Of a DNA stretch of 64,000 bases, positions 11,673 through 25,131 are shown in pieces. The position numbers were made by a program, and so were the translations under genes. Source of the DNA: Raillietiella orientalis (taxonomy: Eukaryota); NCBI GenBank assembly GCA_036172245.1, contig JAYWIR010000043.1, positions 1,054,001 to 1,118,000 on the forward strand, in the 5' to 3' direction. The notes beneath the pieces were generated by a model. The model was not told the origin of the DNA and ran no database searches. It was given only the letters and a program-made list of their open reading frames with translations. The stretch's first letter is position 1. Every line of letters begins with the position of its first letter.

Positions 11673-13914
11673 CAAAGAAGGGGTGAGGGAGCGCTGGACT
11701 TCCTTGGGAGCTCCGGCGCTGCTGAGGCGGGGTCTCGCTCAGGGAGTGGAAACCGGGCAGAAGGAGGTGGGGCTGCTCCACTCTACGGAAGAGGTAGAGT
11801 TGAGACTGGGGTCTCGTAAGAGGCCCTGGCACGCCCGAGGACTGCTTTTCCCTCCGTCCTGCTGCTTCTTCTCGCCTCCAGCTTCCGGTCCGCCGGAGAA
11901 GATAGGCTCCTCCGGAACTGTGCCGGTGCTCCGGGCCGTCGCGGAGCTCCCTCGATGGCCTGAGGGGGATCTTGGCTCCGGCTTCCTATCCTTTGAGGGT
12001 GGGGGATAGGGAGCGGAGGCATCGATGGATAGGGAGACCCCTGATATTGACTCCTATCCCTCTTGGGAACGGGGTCATTCCCTTTGTTTCTTCCGCAGCT
12101 GCTCCCTAGCGCTCCGCAGCGCTGGCAGTCGTCCTGGCTTATATCGGTAGAGGAACGCCTGAAAGATGGGCAGCCTCAGCAGTCCTAATATGATGATGGC
12201 TGGGGACAGTGATCAGCGACGACACTCCTGCCGACCGTCTGTTTCCGACGCGTATCCTCCTCGGATGGGTTGCATGGATCGCCCAGGCGATTCGTGGGAT
12301 CCTTTCAGGTCCATGTGGACTCTGATGCGGGCTCTGTCAGGCAGCCTCGTCTAAGAGCCGGCGGCATCCCTGACCTTCGCGTGCACGAGTCCTGCCTGAA
12401 GAGACTTCCGCTGACCACCCGGGAGCTTCCTCCGGCGGGCAGGAGAGCCTCGAGGGAGAGCGGGAGGAAGACGGCGAGCCCGCAGCCTCCCTGCTCCTCC
12501 GCGCTCCTGCGACGCCCGAGGGGACTCGACGGAACTCCCGAATCGCCCGAGCGGGAAGTCCCCGCCGGGATTCACGTGGCGCGAGCGGGGGTCATCCGAG
12601 AAGGAACCCGGACGGGGTGATCTCCCTGGAGATCTCCGACGTGGGAGTGGAGGGGGCCGGAAAACACGGCCGCGTCAGCAGCCACGGGCAGGGGGAGGTC
12701 TCTGCCGCACTCGTCGTGAAAGGGCAGTCGGAGGATGGCACACATCCTCTCCCCTTGGAAGTGCTCCGGGAAAGCACTCCGCGCGAGCCGGCGGAGCTCC
12801 CCTAGAAGTCGCGACGAGGTTATCGTCGCTCCCTCACGTGAACCGGGGAAGTAGGTCGGTTCGAAATGTCCCGAGGTGCTGCCTCTCTTCTGCCGAAGAG
12901 CGGAGCCAGTGCAGTAGCATCAGTATCCCTGAGGGTGAGGCGTCTGAACTTCCCTTTTGTGAAGTGCTGCCACTTTTTCATCCCGTTCGCGCGGAACGGC
13001 GCGAGGTCAGCCGCGCTCCCAGAAAAGGTCATCCTCGTCTCGTTCTTCCCGGACGGATCGCGCGCCTTGTGATCCCGACCGAGGAAAACACCGTGGGGGC
13101 AGAAATCCCGAAAACCTTAGGGTGGGCATGGCACTTGGGAACCGCGGCGAGCTCCATGGTCCCTGGGCCTCGTGACCGAGGTTCAGCGCTCCGCCTACAA
13201 TCCAAGGCGCCTATCAGAATCGCTCCAAGAAATCATCGCGGATTTCAAGGGGGGCACCTTTCCACGTCCCCTTCGCACCAACCTCGCGCACGCTCCGTTC
13301 CCGCTCCGATCGTGGGGGCCTCTTTGCAGGCCGTAAGAAGAGGGGAAGGAGCTGCATCCCAACGGGTTTCCCTGGGAACTCGCTGAAGATGCTGTTTCTA
13401 ATAAGGAATGGCGATAGCATTTTTCATCTCGTAGGAGAGATCACTTTTATCTTGATCCGCTCCAGATTTCCCTTTCCCCCCTCCGCTCACTGGGATGTTG
13501 GTTTCTGGCGAGTTCTTTCATACCAACGGAGAGAGTAAGCTGGTCGCAGACCCACACGGAGCCACCATGAGGCGGAACCATCCCGACGCACTTGCGCTCG
13601 TCCGAAGGCCAGGAGCGATTGACTGGCGCATCTTTTGCTTCCCGTCGCCCCGATTCGATGTTCCTCCGCAGAGGGCGAACTCGTACCGATCACGGAAGTT
13701 CCAAATCCACGGTCGGCGCTGACTGGACGTGCGGCAGACCCTGAGCCAAATACAAAAGATCCTTCGACCTGTCCCTAACTCTGTTTCTTTCCTCTCCTGT
13801 GACGGTTGTGGCATGCTGCGAAGAAGCTTCGTGATGAGAAGCACACTGGGTTTCGTGCTTGTGTTTACAAAGGAAGTGCCGGGGAGAAAATGTGCAACTA
13901 ATGAGCAGTGGATC

Positions 13915-14510
13915 CATCTTGGCTGCGTCAGATGCGGCGAAAGAGTCCCTCCCTCACCTGCTCGTGGATTGTGTCGCCCTCCGCCACATGTGGGAAGACT
14001 TCGCTGCGTCCCTGCGGATCTCCGAGAGCAATTCCAGAGACGTTGTAAATCGCCTCTTCCTGCGCGACGCCCTCATGGCGGCCGCATCCCTTGTAGCAAT
14101 TTGCTGACTACGCGGGATCGTGGCTGCATGGAGCTACTCCAGAGGAGGCCAGATCGACAAGATCCCATGTATTTGCGTTCCCCTTCCTGAGGGCAGCGTC
14201 AAGATGGTCCCATCTGGGAATCTTGAAATAGGAACTTGCCGGCTCCTTACAAGGATGCAGAGGACCACACCCTCCAGCACACAGTAATCCCTTCCCGAAC
14301 CCCTTACTTTGTTTGTATTCTCTCCTTTTATTTTTCTTTTTGTTTGTCTCCCCTTCCCCTGTGCTGCCGAGGCGAACTTTGCCGGTCTTGCGCGCCGGTT
14401 CTCGGCAGGTTCCTTGCGAATATCCGTGGAATGTGGCAGGATCACGCATCCTGCCACTTCCCTGTATGTTCATTTTTTGAATAAACGCACCGACGTGACT
14501 GGGTGTCAAC
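13915..14510 (+). mobile_element. Decayed 3' fragment of the same element
   Basis: CVRCGE/ESLPHLLVDCVALRHMWEDFAASL (frameshifted CCHC finger), FLRAASRWSHLG C-terminus, hairpin at 14364-14408, AATAAA at 14480 plus terminal motif. Confidence 0.8.
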
Positions 14511-14578
14511 CATCTTGACTGCCTACTGTCCTTTCCATTTCCGCCTTCTCTTGAGGATGTGCTCTCACGAGCGTTGCT

Positions 14579-14790
14579 TCACCTCGAGCGCTGGCCCAAC
14601 CTGCGAACTCCATTTTCCTTCCAGGAACGTATGCTGAAGCATACCGTTTCCTTCCCGATATACTTCGCCCGTCGCTCCAGAATCTTGATTTCTCTAAGCA
14701 CGTCGTCGCACGCCTCAGGAGGTTCCGTGAACTCAGAGATCCCATGACGATCGCTCTGGAGGATTCTGCTACTTCTTGTTTCCGACAAGA
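14579..14790 (-). mobile_element. Possible decayed LINE ORF1-like remnant
   Basis: ETRSSRILQSDRHGISE...IKILERRAKYIG loosely resembles the E.RSRR.N..I.GI.E...IERAHRIG pattern of LINE ORF1 proteins. The match is weak. Confidence 0.25.
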
Positions 14791-17700
14791 AGTGTCAAGC
14801 CAATCATTTGTGCTTGTTCTCCTCTCTTCGTTCTGGATCCTCCAGTGCTTCAGAAAAGGATTAGTAGGGGAGGGTGGGCCTTCACTATTGTCGCTTTCTT
14901 GTCACGCTGGAGAGACAAATCAGCCAGTGTTCCCGACTCTGCGTCTGGAATGCTCCATCCGCTTTCCTGCTTGCGCAACCGGGACCACTGTTTCGTCGTG
15001 CGTCTTGACGATCGCTTTCCTGTCCCAAATCAGTGGTCGAGGGTGCGGTTAAAGAGTTCCCTTACCACATACCTCCTGCACATGAGATCGATGCCATCTT
15101 TGATCAGAGTCGCTCTTATCGAGTCCTCGTTACATGATTAAACTTTCATCTCTGAACAGGAAATGAGCCGACGCACGAAGACGTCTCTCTCAGAATGCGG
15201 TCTCTCCTTAGTCCAAGCCCTCATCGATGAGGGAAAACGATGTTTCCTTGCGCTGCACTGTACACAGAAGGAAGACGCTTTTTTTCCTTGACATTCAAGG
15301 GTGCCTTCGCTCTCAGAAGAAGAACGCTGGCGCCACCACACACTTGCCCACCCTCTCCCGGGAGGAACACCCGAGCGTCAGTTCGTGCATCCGTCGTCAC
15401 GGAGTCGTCGGGTCCCAGGAGAAGCGGTGATCCGCAAGAGCTACGGATCCCGCCGGCACAACCGGCCCTGATTCTCGAGTGAGCGGAGGGGGAAGATGAG
15501 GGGCGAACAGAATGAAGGGAGCCGGACCCGTGCCCTCCCAACCTTCTTCTTGTCCCGTCCGCATGCAGTTACGCTGTGATCTCCAGAAACCTTCCTCCTC
15601 CGTCCGCATCGGCTGGCATCGGTGCCTCCTGGACGGCCGAGGTACTAAACGTTTTCTCCGTCGGCAGGATGTCATAGTGCACGGGTGCGACGGACATCGC
15701 GGTTCCGGACGTCGAATGCTGGAGGCAAGCTGACTAGCCCGGCGCTGTGACCGTCACCGAACGCGACAAAGACCTTCATCTTTGTATCCGGTCTCCTGCG
15801 ACTCTCCTGGACTCGTCGGAGCTACTCTCGAAAGGGGAGGCAACTTCCAGGATGGCCTCCAGACCTTCCAGGTTCATCCCGGTTCCCAACTTCCAACACT
15901 CACAGGACATCTACTGAGCGCAACGCCTAGACACCTTGCCAGACCACGCACGGACACAATTGCCGAGTAGCCAGAAAGATAACCACCAGCCTTAAACTCC
16001 GCAACCCTTGCAAGCAGGCTTGGCACAATGGCCAACACCCCGGTGATGAATGAGAGGCTGAGAGTCCGAACCGTGGCGGCTCAGGAAGTCCTAGCATCAG
16101 CGGGAAACAGCTCCGGCTCACTCTTGAACGACCGTCAGGCACTATCCCTCCGCAATCTGCGGTGAATCCCTACGAATCAAGATCACTAGGTAAGGATCTC
16201 ACATGCAAAACTCTGGTGCACGAGTTTGGCGACCCTGATCCACGCTCTCCCCTTCGCTTCCTCTACGTGTCCTTTCCGAACTGGATCCCCATTCGTCGCA
16301 ACTTTTCTGCCTGGATTTTTTCCAAAGCAGCTCCAGGCACCTGAGCATGCTTTCGGTAAACGCCGAACACACATGGCGTAAACCAAATGGGGAGCATCAA
16401 GACTTGTAAAGCCCCACGGCGTTATACTCAAGAATCTTTTCGCGTTTCGCACACTCCCCTCCTAAGTCGGTCACGAGATATTAATCTTGCGTATCCAAAC
16501 TTAATAAGAGATCCCTCGTCAGTATGCCGAAGAAATGAGGAGAACATCAACACAGAAAACCCCTCGTAACCTCCGAGGAATTTGCGTGATTCCCAGCATA
16601 TCATGTTCGGAGCATTTTGAGATCTGTTTTCCCGTGGGGCCAGCGAAGAGTTTGATGTAACCATGAAAAGTTTCCGAGGAGCTTTCCGAGTGGTTCAAGA
16701 CCTTCACACGTGCCAGAAGAGCCTCCTGGACCTGCCCATTGGAAATCTTATGAGCTTAGAAGGCATCAGAACCTTTTTGTCCTCTGTGCAAAGCAATTGA
16801 ATTCTATACCTGCTACTATTTACCTACGTTGGGTTTCAAGCTTGTCTCGTGGAACCCTTTCCGTGAAAATTTACTCTCGGATGCTTCCATGGAAGACTGA
16901 CCTATTTGTGGAGACTAAGATGCAGCATGATGAAGTTGAATGTGCTCCAGCGTCATCTACTCCAAACAGCATCCAAAGCATGCAGACGTGGTTAAGACCT
17001 TGTGTTCCGCTGTAGAATATGAGGATGAGCACGAAAAGAGGGAACCGTTTTTTCACGCTGCCGTCATAGAATTGCTGACATGAGATCCTGCAATGTAAAG
17101 TGCTCCATAGAAAATAAAATCCTTCATTCTGCATGTATTTGTGCTATTTAGTGGAAGGATAGTGGGGAAGCATAAAGAGAGAGGGAATAATGCGAGGCCA
17201 GAACAACTTAATGTTACTCGTAATCGTTTCCATTTAAAGCTGAGAGCGACGAAATGTCTATCACAATTTCTGTCAAGACACGAGATGAGCTGAACTTGGG
17301 ACTAATGAAGTGGGATCTCTGGGCAGAAAATCTTTCGACCTTGACCTGTCAAGTGGGAACACGGAAGTAAAGTTTGCAACCGTCAGTCAATCTGCAAAAC
17401 TCTTGACGGGCTCGTAGCAAACTCGAGAGGAAAAAATAACTTATGGAAGGTGAAACGAAGAGTGCAACAGCACCATCACACAGTGATGTGCACACTGTGG
17501 CTCTCGTCGTTTCGTGTCGTCACGTCTGTAGCAGCAGCCTCGATCCGAATATCGGAATGCAGAAGAAAATTAACTTTTCTCGATAATCTTGCACACTTTT
17601 TCAGAACTGGAAAATTCACATCAGGTGACCGAATTTTCAGCTGTAGGCTTTTTTTTTAATCCTTTTCAGTAAGGTTCGGTAAATTCGAAATTCAGCAATC

Positions 17701-18010
17701 GAAGGCCGGAAAGAACTTTGCTCCCCACCGATTCGGAATTCGATTCGGTCCCGAATGACATAACAGATGTTGGTTGAGATGGCGATGCTTCAAAGAAAGG
17801 AATACGCCTGCAGTGGCGAAATGGACATCAGAACGAAAGTCAACTTTCTGCGCTCGTCGTCAAGTGTGCACTGCATCCATGGCCTTCCATCTTCCCGCAA
17901 CCCTCCCCGTCCTCGTGCTTCCATGCCCGATGGATTGAAATAAGGGGATCCCTTTCATGTTAGTGATGGAGCTTTGCGAGGGAGACTTTGTGAGCTTTGC
18001 TGCTGTCCAG

Positions 18011-18013
<3 letters not shown>

Positions 18014-18060
<47 letters not shown>
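18014..18060. repeat. (CT)n microsatellite
   Basis: Perfect CT dinucleotide run. Confidence 0.95.
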
Positions 18061-18062
<2 letters not shown>

Positions 18063-18533
18063 GAACTCTGCGTAATCACTGAGAGAGGAGTGCCGAGAAA
18101 GTTTTGCAAAAGGGAGCGGATTGGGGGAGGAAATGCTGCCCACGCTGCTGGAACCCCGTTGGCTACGGTAGCACCTGAAGACGTACGTTGGAAGTGTTTT
18201 GCGGGGTGAAACCGGGAAAGCTTAGCCTTCACCACGAGGCGAATCAATATGAGGCGGTGGCCAGGCAGGGATCGTCCCCAACTTCCAGGAATAAAAAAAG
18301 AGGTGTAGGTGTGAAATTTCGGGAACGCTTTTTTATACCTTTGGATCCAAGGCAAACAACGTCGCGGCTCCATTCCGGCTCGTGCCATTCTTACGGACAA
18401 TCCGACCACTTGGGTCAGGCTTTTTCGCTCGAGCACTCGACCCACGGACAAAACCTCGCAGGGCGTAGGCCAGCGGATGAAACGAAAGTAAATCTCCCGG
18501 TTGAATAAACAAGACGTGCTTGCTGGAGTTCCG

Positions 18534-18539
18534 TTTATT
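18534..18539 (-). terminator. Putative polyadenylation signal of MCM8
   Basis: AATAAA on the minus strand 5 nt after the MCM8 stop codon. Confidence 0.45.
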
Positions 18540-18544
18540 GAGCA

Positions 18545-21075
18545 TCAGAAGTCAACTACTTGCAGCTGAAAACGATTGGAACCTTTTTTCAAGAGGTAAC
18601 CCTGCGTGTTCAGAGAATCAACGAAGGCATAGAAATCGACGACGGTGATCTTGGCGATGGCGGCTATTTCTTTAAGCTCCTTGAGATCGAACACGGACTT
18701 CGTGAATCTTTCAGCGTGTGCTTTCAAGGCGGAAATGAACTGCTTGGCCTTTTTCCTACTGCTCATCCCCGATCCATTTTGAGATCTCGTAAAGTCGAGC
18801 ATACCACTTTCGTTGCAGAAAGTGTCGATCAGACTATATTTCACGATGTCGATGACATCCAGGCAATCTTGGGCAGTGACATTTTCCCTGAGCTCAACCC
18901 GTGCTCGGGCCTCGCTCAAACGTATGAGGGAACGCAACTGACGAGTGGTAATCGGCACTCCACCTGATAAGCGATGCCGATGCCGTAACTCCAGATAAAA
19001 TTCTTGCAGCAAGAGAGCAGCCTCGGAGCTTAGTTTGGGGAAAACATACTTTTGTGCATAGGCAACATACTTCCTTAAAAGTACATGAGGCAAGGGGTTG
19101 TCCTCCAATTGTCTTGAAGATTTGAGTTTGCCAACAAGATGGCTATCCTTTCTCAGTAGAGAAGCACCGGACTGCAAGTGGTGCAGTGGAACTTCAGAAC
19201 TACTTGTCGAAGAGGCACATCTGCTGCTTCCCAACATGGACATGACGTGTTCCGAAAGACGACTATCTAAATCTTCATCTGGTTGGTCCAGCAATACGAA
19301 CACCAGATCGAAACGAGAAAGAAGGGCCCCGGATATTTTCAGATTCTCGGAAACAGTTTTTGCGGTATTATAATGGCCACCCACTGGATTAGCCGCTGCC
19401 AAAACTGTAGCATGTGCAGGAAGGCAGCAAACCACACCAGCCTTTGCGATGCTTACTGTCTGCTGCTCCATTGTCTCTAGCAGAGCAGCATGCTGTGTTT
19501 TCATTTTATCAAACTCATCAATGCAGCAGCAACCGTGATCGGCAAGCACCAACGCTCCAGCTTCTAAAGTGTAGTCTCCACCTGGACCATCTCTGCCCAA
19601 AGTAACTGTTAAACCAGAAACGGAAGTCGTATTCCCACAGACATAGACTCCCCGTGGGGCAATATTGGCACAAGCTTGTAACATTTGACTTTTGCCAAGC
19701 CCAGGATCTCCAACCAATAGTACATGTGGGCTACCTCGGATGGGAAGCTGATTCCGATCATTAAGATACTTTGCAGGTGCCCCAAATAAACCAAGAAGAA
19801 GACCAGCTTTCACAATTTCATGGCCATAAATTGCAGGGCACAAGGAAGAAACCAAAAGTTGGAACACATGTGGGTGAGACTGAACCTCCTGAAGGCCTGT
19901 CAGAATGTTACAAGCATATCTTTGGTCTGGCTCACCTTAATGTCATACAAATCTTGCAAGGTGAAATCCATATTTGCACTTCCAATTGAAGATTTACCAT
20001 CACTAATGGAATTCACTTGAATATATAATAGAAACAAACATTTATCATGGCTCTTCCGCACAGGCACCTGGTCATTGTTGACCTTCACTATTCCGGTAAT
20101 TGTCACCAAATCACCGGGCATACAGCAATCAACCAGATCATGAGTCAGCTGACAATCCACTGTCCGTGGTACACGCCCCCCTTCTTGGGTGTCCTCTTGA
20201 GCTACCTCCTGTATGTGCAGACTCTGCCAGTCAGCTGTTACAGTTAAAGGTGAGTTACGCAAAACAGAAAATCCTCTGCTTTGACAGTCTACGCTGGTGC
20301 ACTGTATAGGATAAGTCAGCTTTCCATCTGGTTGAGAAACAGCCTGTTCCTGTCCACAGCTAATGCATGAAAATGCAAGTTGAGTACATATGGGGCGAAT
20401 GTTGCTTACTCTGACCACTGTGCCTTGAATTGCTACCAATTTACCTAGAAACAGCACGAGCGATAGATGGCATCACCAAGATTAGACATTCACCATAACA
20501 GTTTGCCTTCAAATTTTTCAAGGGAGTGATGGGTCCAAAATTACTGATACGTGCATGAATCTGTGGAATTTCTGGAAAATCTGGTTCTTTCACAGCTTCA
20601 TCACCTTCTAATTCTTTTTCTTTTTGATATAAAATAAGTATCTGCTCGTGAATTTTTTCAGTTACCAAAGAGTACATTGCTAATGACAGGCAAGAAAATA
20701 CAACATCTGGTTTCTCTGCAACAAAGCTGACTGCCCTCCTTAACATGTAGAACTGATTATGTTAGGAGTGTTACCCAATGGTGTATTCCATCCTCTTTTC
20801 AACTGTTCATCCTCAACAAAGGATGGGTAATCAACCTTAAAACAGTGCTTTTCAGCAACTTCCGTCCAATTCCACAAATCTGCATTAGAATGCAAATAAT
20901 GCTTCAGTAGTTGCACTAATGGTAGATAAGACATAAACTCTGAAAGTAAATAAGTTTGTTTAGAATAAGATCATTCTTCCAAATGGTCCTCATGCAACAT
21001 AAGTTTGGATATGATTTTGTGCTGACCTCTGTAGTCCGAAAAATAAAGGTTCCAGCCTTTGTATTGGTCAGACAT
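18545..21075 (-). CDS. MCM8: DNA helicase MCM8 (about 767 aa; start codon tentative)
   Basis: Exons 21075-21027, 20939-20775, 20730-20494, 20444-19936, 19888-18545; GT-AG introns of 87, 44, 49 and 47 nt; total 2304 nt in frame. MCM8-type YKGWNLYF and LKANCYGKLVAIQGTVVRV, zinc finger CISC..C..C, Walker A GDPGLGKS, Walker B CCCIDEFDKM, arginine finger SRFD, C-terminal RSQNGSGMS..LNTQGYLLKKG. Confidence 0.95.
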
Positions 21076-23154
21076 GGCAAGCTGATGCTGAGTAAGATCG
21101 TCCCCATTATTGCCCGACTGGTGCTTCCATGCTTGTTTTTCTAATTTTAGATGTGCACTTGTAGTAGTTATCAAGAATTTGGGTCAACAGGCGTTTTACA
21201 ATGATAGCAGAGCATGTAACATTTAGAATCGCCACATAGGGACATGCAATTCGGCATTTGGATCAACTTAAATTTATCACGGTTTCATCAAACGAAGGCG
21301 AAGTCAGTTAAAGTGTGCAAACCCTTAATAATAATAATCATCATCATCATACTCATACTCATTGTGTACCATTTGCTTTCTTGGCGTCATTGCGGAATCG
21401 GGGTGGCTGGCAATCCTTTTTGTTCCAGAACTTAGGTGGTACTCTGTTTTTTTTCTTCTTGTCACGCGAGTCTTTTGGCATGCTCGTACGAAACCTTCAA
21501 GCAGCTGACCACGGTCCAGAAAGAGAGGGGAAAACAGCGCTACCCACACCGTCCGGCAGCACCTGCAACCAAAGATTCGCGCTCCCCTTGGCTGCGTTTC
21601 CTTGGCAGTCTTGCAGGGTTACACGCGCGTTCTTCGAGCTTGCAAATAACGCTGCTGGTGTTTCTGTCCTCAAAACCGAATAAATTCCAGGAAATCGTCA
21701 CCTTCCACATGTAACCTGAAATTGATGGGAACAGGACTGTTCCCTTGAAAAGAAACATTTGGCAACCCGCCTACTGAGTATCATTTGACTGCTTTCTAAT
21801 AAAGAGTACTCGGAATTCTTCATCCCGTTTTTCGGGAATTGAGCAAGCCGAATTAATTCATACTCTAATTATGTTGAAGCTGTGTGTCTACGTCTAGGAA
21901 ACCGCTTTTCTGTACTGGAGAAAACTTGCCTCTCTATATTCACTTGTGTAGATAAATCGAAAATCAAAACATTGATATTCAGACTCATCCACTCTAGCAT
22001 TGCTGGAGATTTTCTCCTGAAACCAATCTGTCGATTCATCCCCAAAGGATTCCTCTCTGTTCCAATTCCTTGGATCAGAAGGAGAAAAAAGTTTCTGTTT
22101 AAGTTCTTTCCATGCAATTTTAATATCTCCTTGATCTTTCACTTTTCATTATTGTTTGAGAGCTTGCAAGAAACACGCTTAAAGGTTAGTGCGACAAGAA
22201 AATGGAAAACCAGGTTCTATTATGAACAGGACACTGCAAGCATTCTTGAAACTTGATTGAACAGCCTTTTCTTTTATCGATGAAAGAAGGAAAAAGTGAG
22301 CATCTATGATGCAATTTTTAAAAGGACAATAGGTTTTCTAAATGCTTATGATGTACGTTTATTTCAATTTAGTTCATGCTCTTGATTGAAAAATCCAAAC
22401 ACAGTAGTGTATCGAAATTTCTATGAGGCACAGAACAATGACAACAACAGTTGATGAAACAAGTTTGTCACATTTCAGACAGCGGAGATGCTGGTTCGGA
22501 CCATACGTAAAGTAGATGAAGAGATACCAAAGAATGTAAGGCGGAGGAGAATCGTCCATATCATCAAATGTTGCCAAAACGCACACGCGAAAGAGAACTT
22601 CGACGGGCGCGCTTTTCATGAAAGGTTGCATGAAAGTTTTGAAGAAAGTATCAGACCAAAAAACGTTTGTTGCCACTTGATTCCAATTTGAGAATCAAAA
22701 CTGGAATGGCAAAAATCTTTGTGATTACTGTACGAGGAATATTCTTTCACTTTCTCTTTAGTTTGTTTTTCTTCTTCTTTTTAAGGAAACCTCTTCGTAA
22801 AACTTCCCTTAGCCTTCTTATTCCTTTAGGATCCGCGTTGACGAAAGAAATTCTCGAAGCAGATGTTCATTAAAATTTGATGCTTTTTAACTCAAAAAAA
22901 AAAAAAAAAAAAATAGCAAACATTGTAACAGAACAATTCCACCAAAAAAAATCCTTTTTTTACGATTATTTCTATGAATTTCGTAAGGTCTCCAAAAAAC
23001 AAAAACAAAAGAACACACACTGGTTGTTGTAGCTTTCTATCCAAGGTTTCCGAATTATATGCACAATATTTGGTTCTTACACTCGGATAGGATGGCATCA
23101 CATCCTCTTCATATTGTAGCTGGCAGATTAGTAGTAGATGAGAGTTTTCTTTTC

Positions 23155-23190
<36 letters not shown>

Positions 23191-24293
23191 GAAACCTGTA
23201 CTCGGAGAGAGCACCTACTTTCATGTTCTATCATTCACAAAGCATGCAACTGATGCTGCGTCCGAAACATGGGCAGTTTTGCACACGCTTGCTGCAGTTG
23301 GATACATATTCCAACGTGTACGTCCTTTCACCCTCGCAACACACCTTGCTATGTGTTGGCATCAAGTGTGGAACATCCTTCCAAAACACCGTGCTTTGTG
23401 TGCTTTGCAGTGGTGGTTGTTTTCCTTTCCATACGTCACAGTCACGAATCAGTTTCAAGTCACAGTGACTCCCGCATTTGCAATGTTGGCAGTCTTGAAC
23501 GGAACAGGAAGAAAACTCCTGTTGTTAAAATGAAGTTTCTTAAGCAGATACATGCATTTTTCTTTTTTTTGTGAGTCTGCGAATGCTGGAAGCAAACTCA
23601 CTGATATAGAAGCTATTTTTATTTTTGGCACGATTCATCCAAAATTTAATTATTTTCTCTTTGGAGATGAAATTGGCATCGGTCGGACGCTCTCCCCTTG
23701 CAGAAATCTTACTGCTTGTGGAGGAGACATCTGAAGACGAAGATGCACTTTCAGGCGAGTAATGGGCAGAGACGATCCTACTTAGTCTCCTCGGGATGCT
23801 TTGACCACTTTGCGAAAACCTCCTCGCAAGTCCCCCAAGGTGGTACGCTGGCGGAACGCAGGCTGACCGTACGAAGCCGTACAACGCGACGGGTCGCTTC
23901 ACTTGAGTGAGCGCTGAACCCAAGTCTTCCAGCGACTGCCCATTCGTTTCCTTCTGTCCCTCCGACCGAAGAAATCGAATCGCAAGGGGAACGCGCGTCG
24001 CCTGTTGCTTCCTGGTATTCCTTCCTGCGATTGCACAGCGTAGTTTGCTGCTACGGCCTCAATCCGGAAAACTGAGCCAACAGCCCGAAGCCGTTTATGA
24101 ATCGAAGAAACGAGAAATTGCGATCCCGTGAGGTACGCAGAACGGAACTTTGCCTTTCCTCTCCTGCGGTGGCTGATGGAAGCTGAAAAGATCGAAGCAC
24201 CGAAATGTTTCCATCTCCACCTTTGCATAAGGCAAAGCTCTGAACGGGAAACCCAGAAAAACTTTACTTTTCCTGCTTGCGCCGTCAAGCGGT

Positions 24294-24342
24294 GCCATCT
24301 TCCCCGGAAGTTACGCGTACCAGCAACAGGCGCCGCCATCTT
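24294..24342 (-). promoter_or_regulatory. Promoter-like cluster: two YY1-type AAGATGGC motifs and an ETS site
   Basis: gccatctt at 24294-24301, ccggaagt at 24304-24311 and gccgccatctt at 24332-24342, in a CpG-rich patch just downstream of the numb 3' end. Confidence 0.45.
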
Positions 24343-25131
24343 TGCGCGAGCTCTTTGCGCACCACGCGCCCCGAAGAGTGTTGAACGCACCATAAGCATT
24401 GCATGGTGCCTGAAGAAGGGGCGGTGCGAGGCCTTCCTCTGAGAGAAACCTCCGCCTCGCGATGCTCCGCCTTCAGGGCCTATCCGCCTCATCCCTGGAA
24501 AGTTGGCCGGAGGCGCTGCCGCCATCGAGGAACCGCAAATCCCATCATCGACCTCTCCGCTCCTCTCCACGCCGAGCCGCCCCGGGACGAGAACGGCTCG
24601 GAAAGAAAAAAACAAACACACGGGGACGGTGGACAATTTCATCTATTCAAAATGAAGATTTTCTATCCGGATGACACTTGGAACACGGAGCATAAATTTT
24701 CTATTACGAAACTTCAGTATGTACATACATACATGATATTCATTATCATAACGATAAAAATATATAATCCTCTAATTCAGTGGAAAGAGATTTCATATGT
24801 AAAGGGAATAACGTGCAATGATATGTTGGATGCGACCTGAAGAGCAATATGGCATAGTAAACTGCAGGTGGAAGTACGAATTACATATTTCAAATGTAAG
24901 CAGTTTACCGTGAAGTCAACTGAACACATCGACTCGACCAAGGTGGGGGGTGGGGGTGAGTGGGGGAAGAGAAAAAAAAAAAAAAAAATCGATGAACGAG
25001 CATACAATGAAAGCAATCGTGGTGTAACCAAGTTATGTACATCGTGTACCCCAATGGTAGCTGCCATTTGCGTTTTACACTCTAATTGAATATCACAAAA
25101 CAGTCATATCACAGGACAAAATTTTCCAAGC

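Noticed and set aside
16780..16860. RNase H-like IYLRWVSSLS
   Set aside because: A single weak motif without the following GNE.AD or upstream catalytic residues.
18560..20309. Several plus-strand ORFs over MCM8
   Set aside because: Antisense shadows of a conserved coding sequence.
21400..22870. TRMT6 head-to-head with MCM8, as in human
   Set aside because: Only a chance LIEN match; frames are interrupted and no other motifs are present.
23340..23440. piggyBac-like cysteine-rich tail (CVLCSGGCFPFH)
   Set aside because: Cysteine spacing is wrong, and there is no transposase core or TTAA-flanked inverted repeats.
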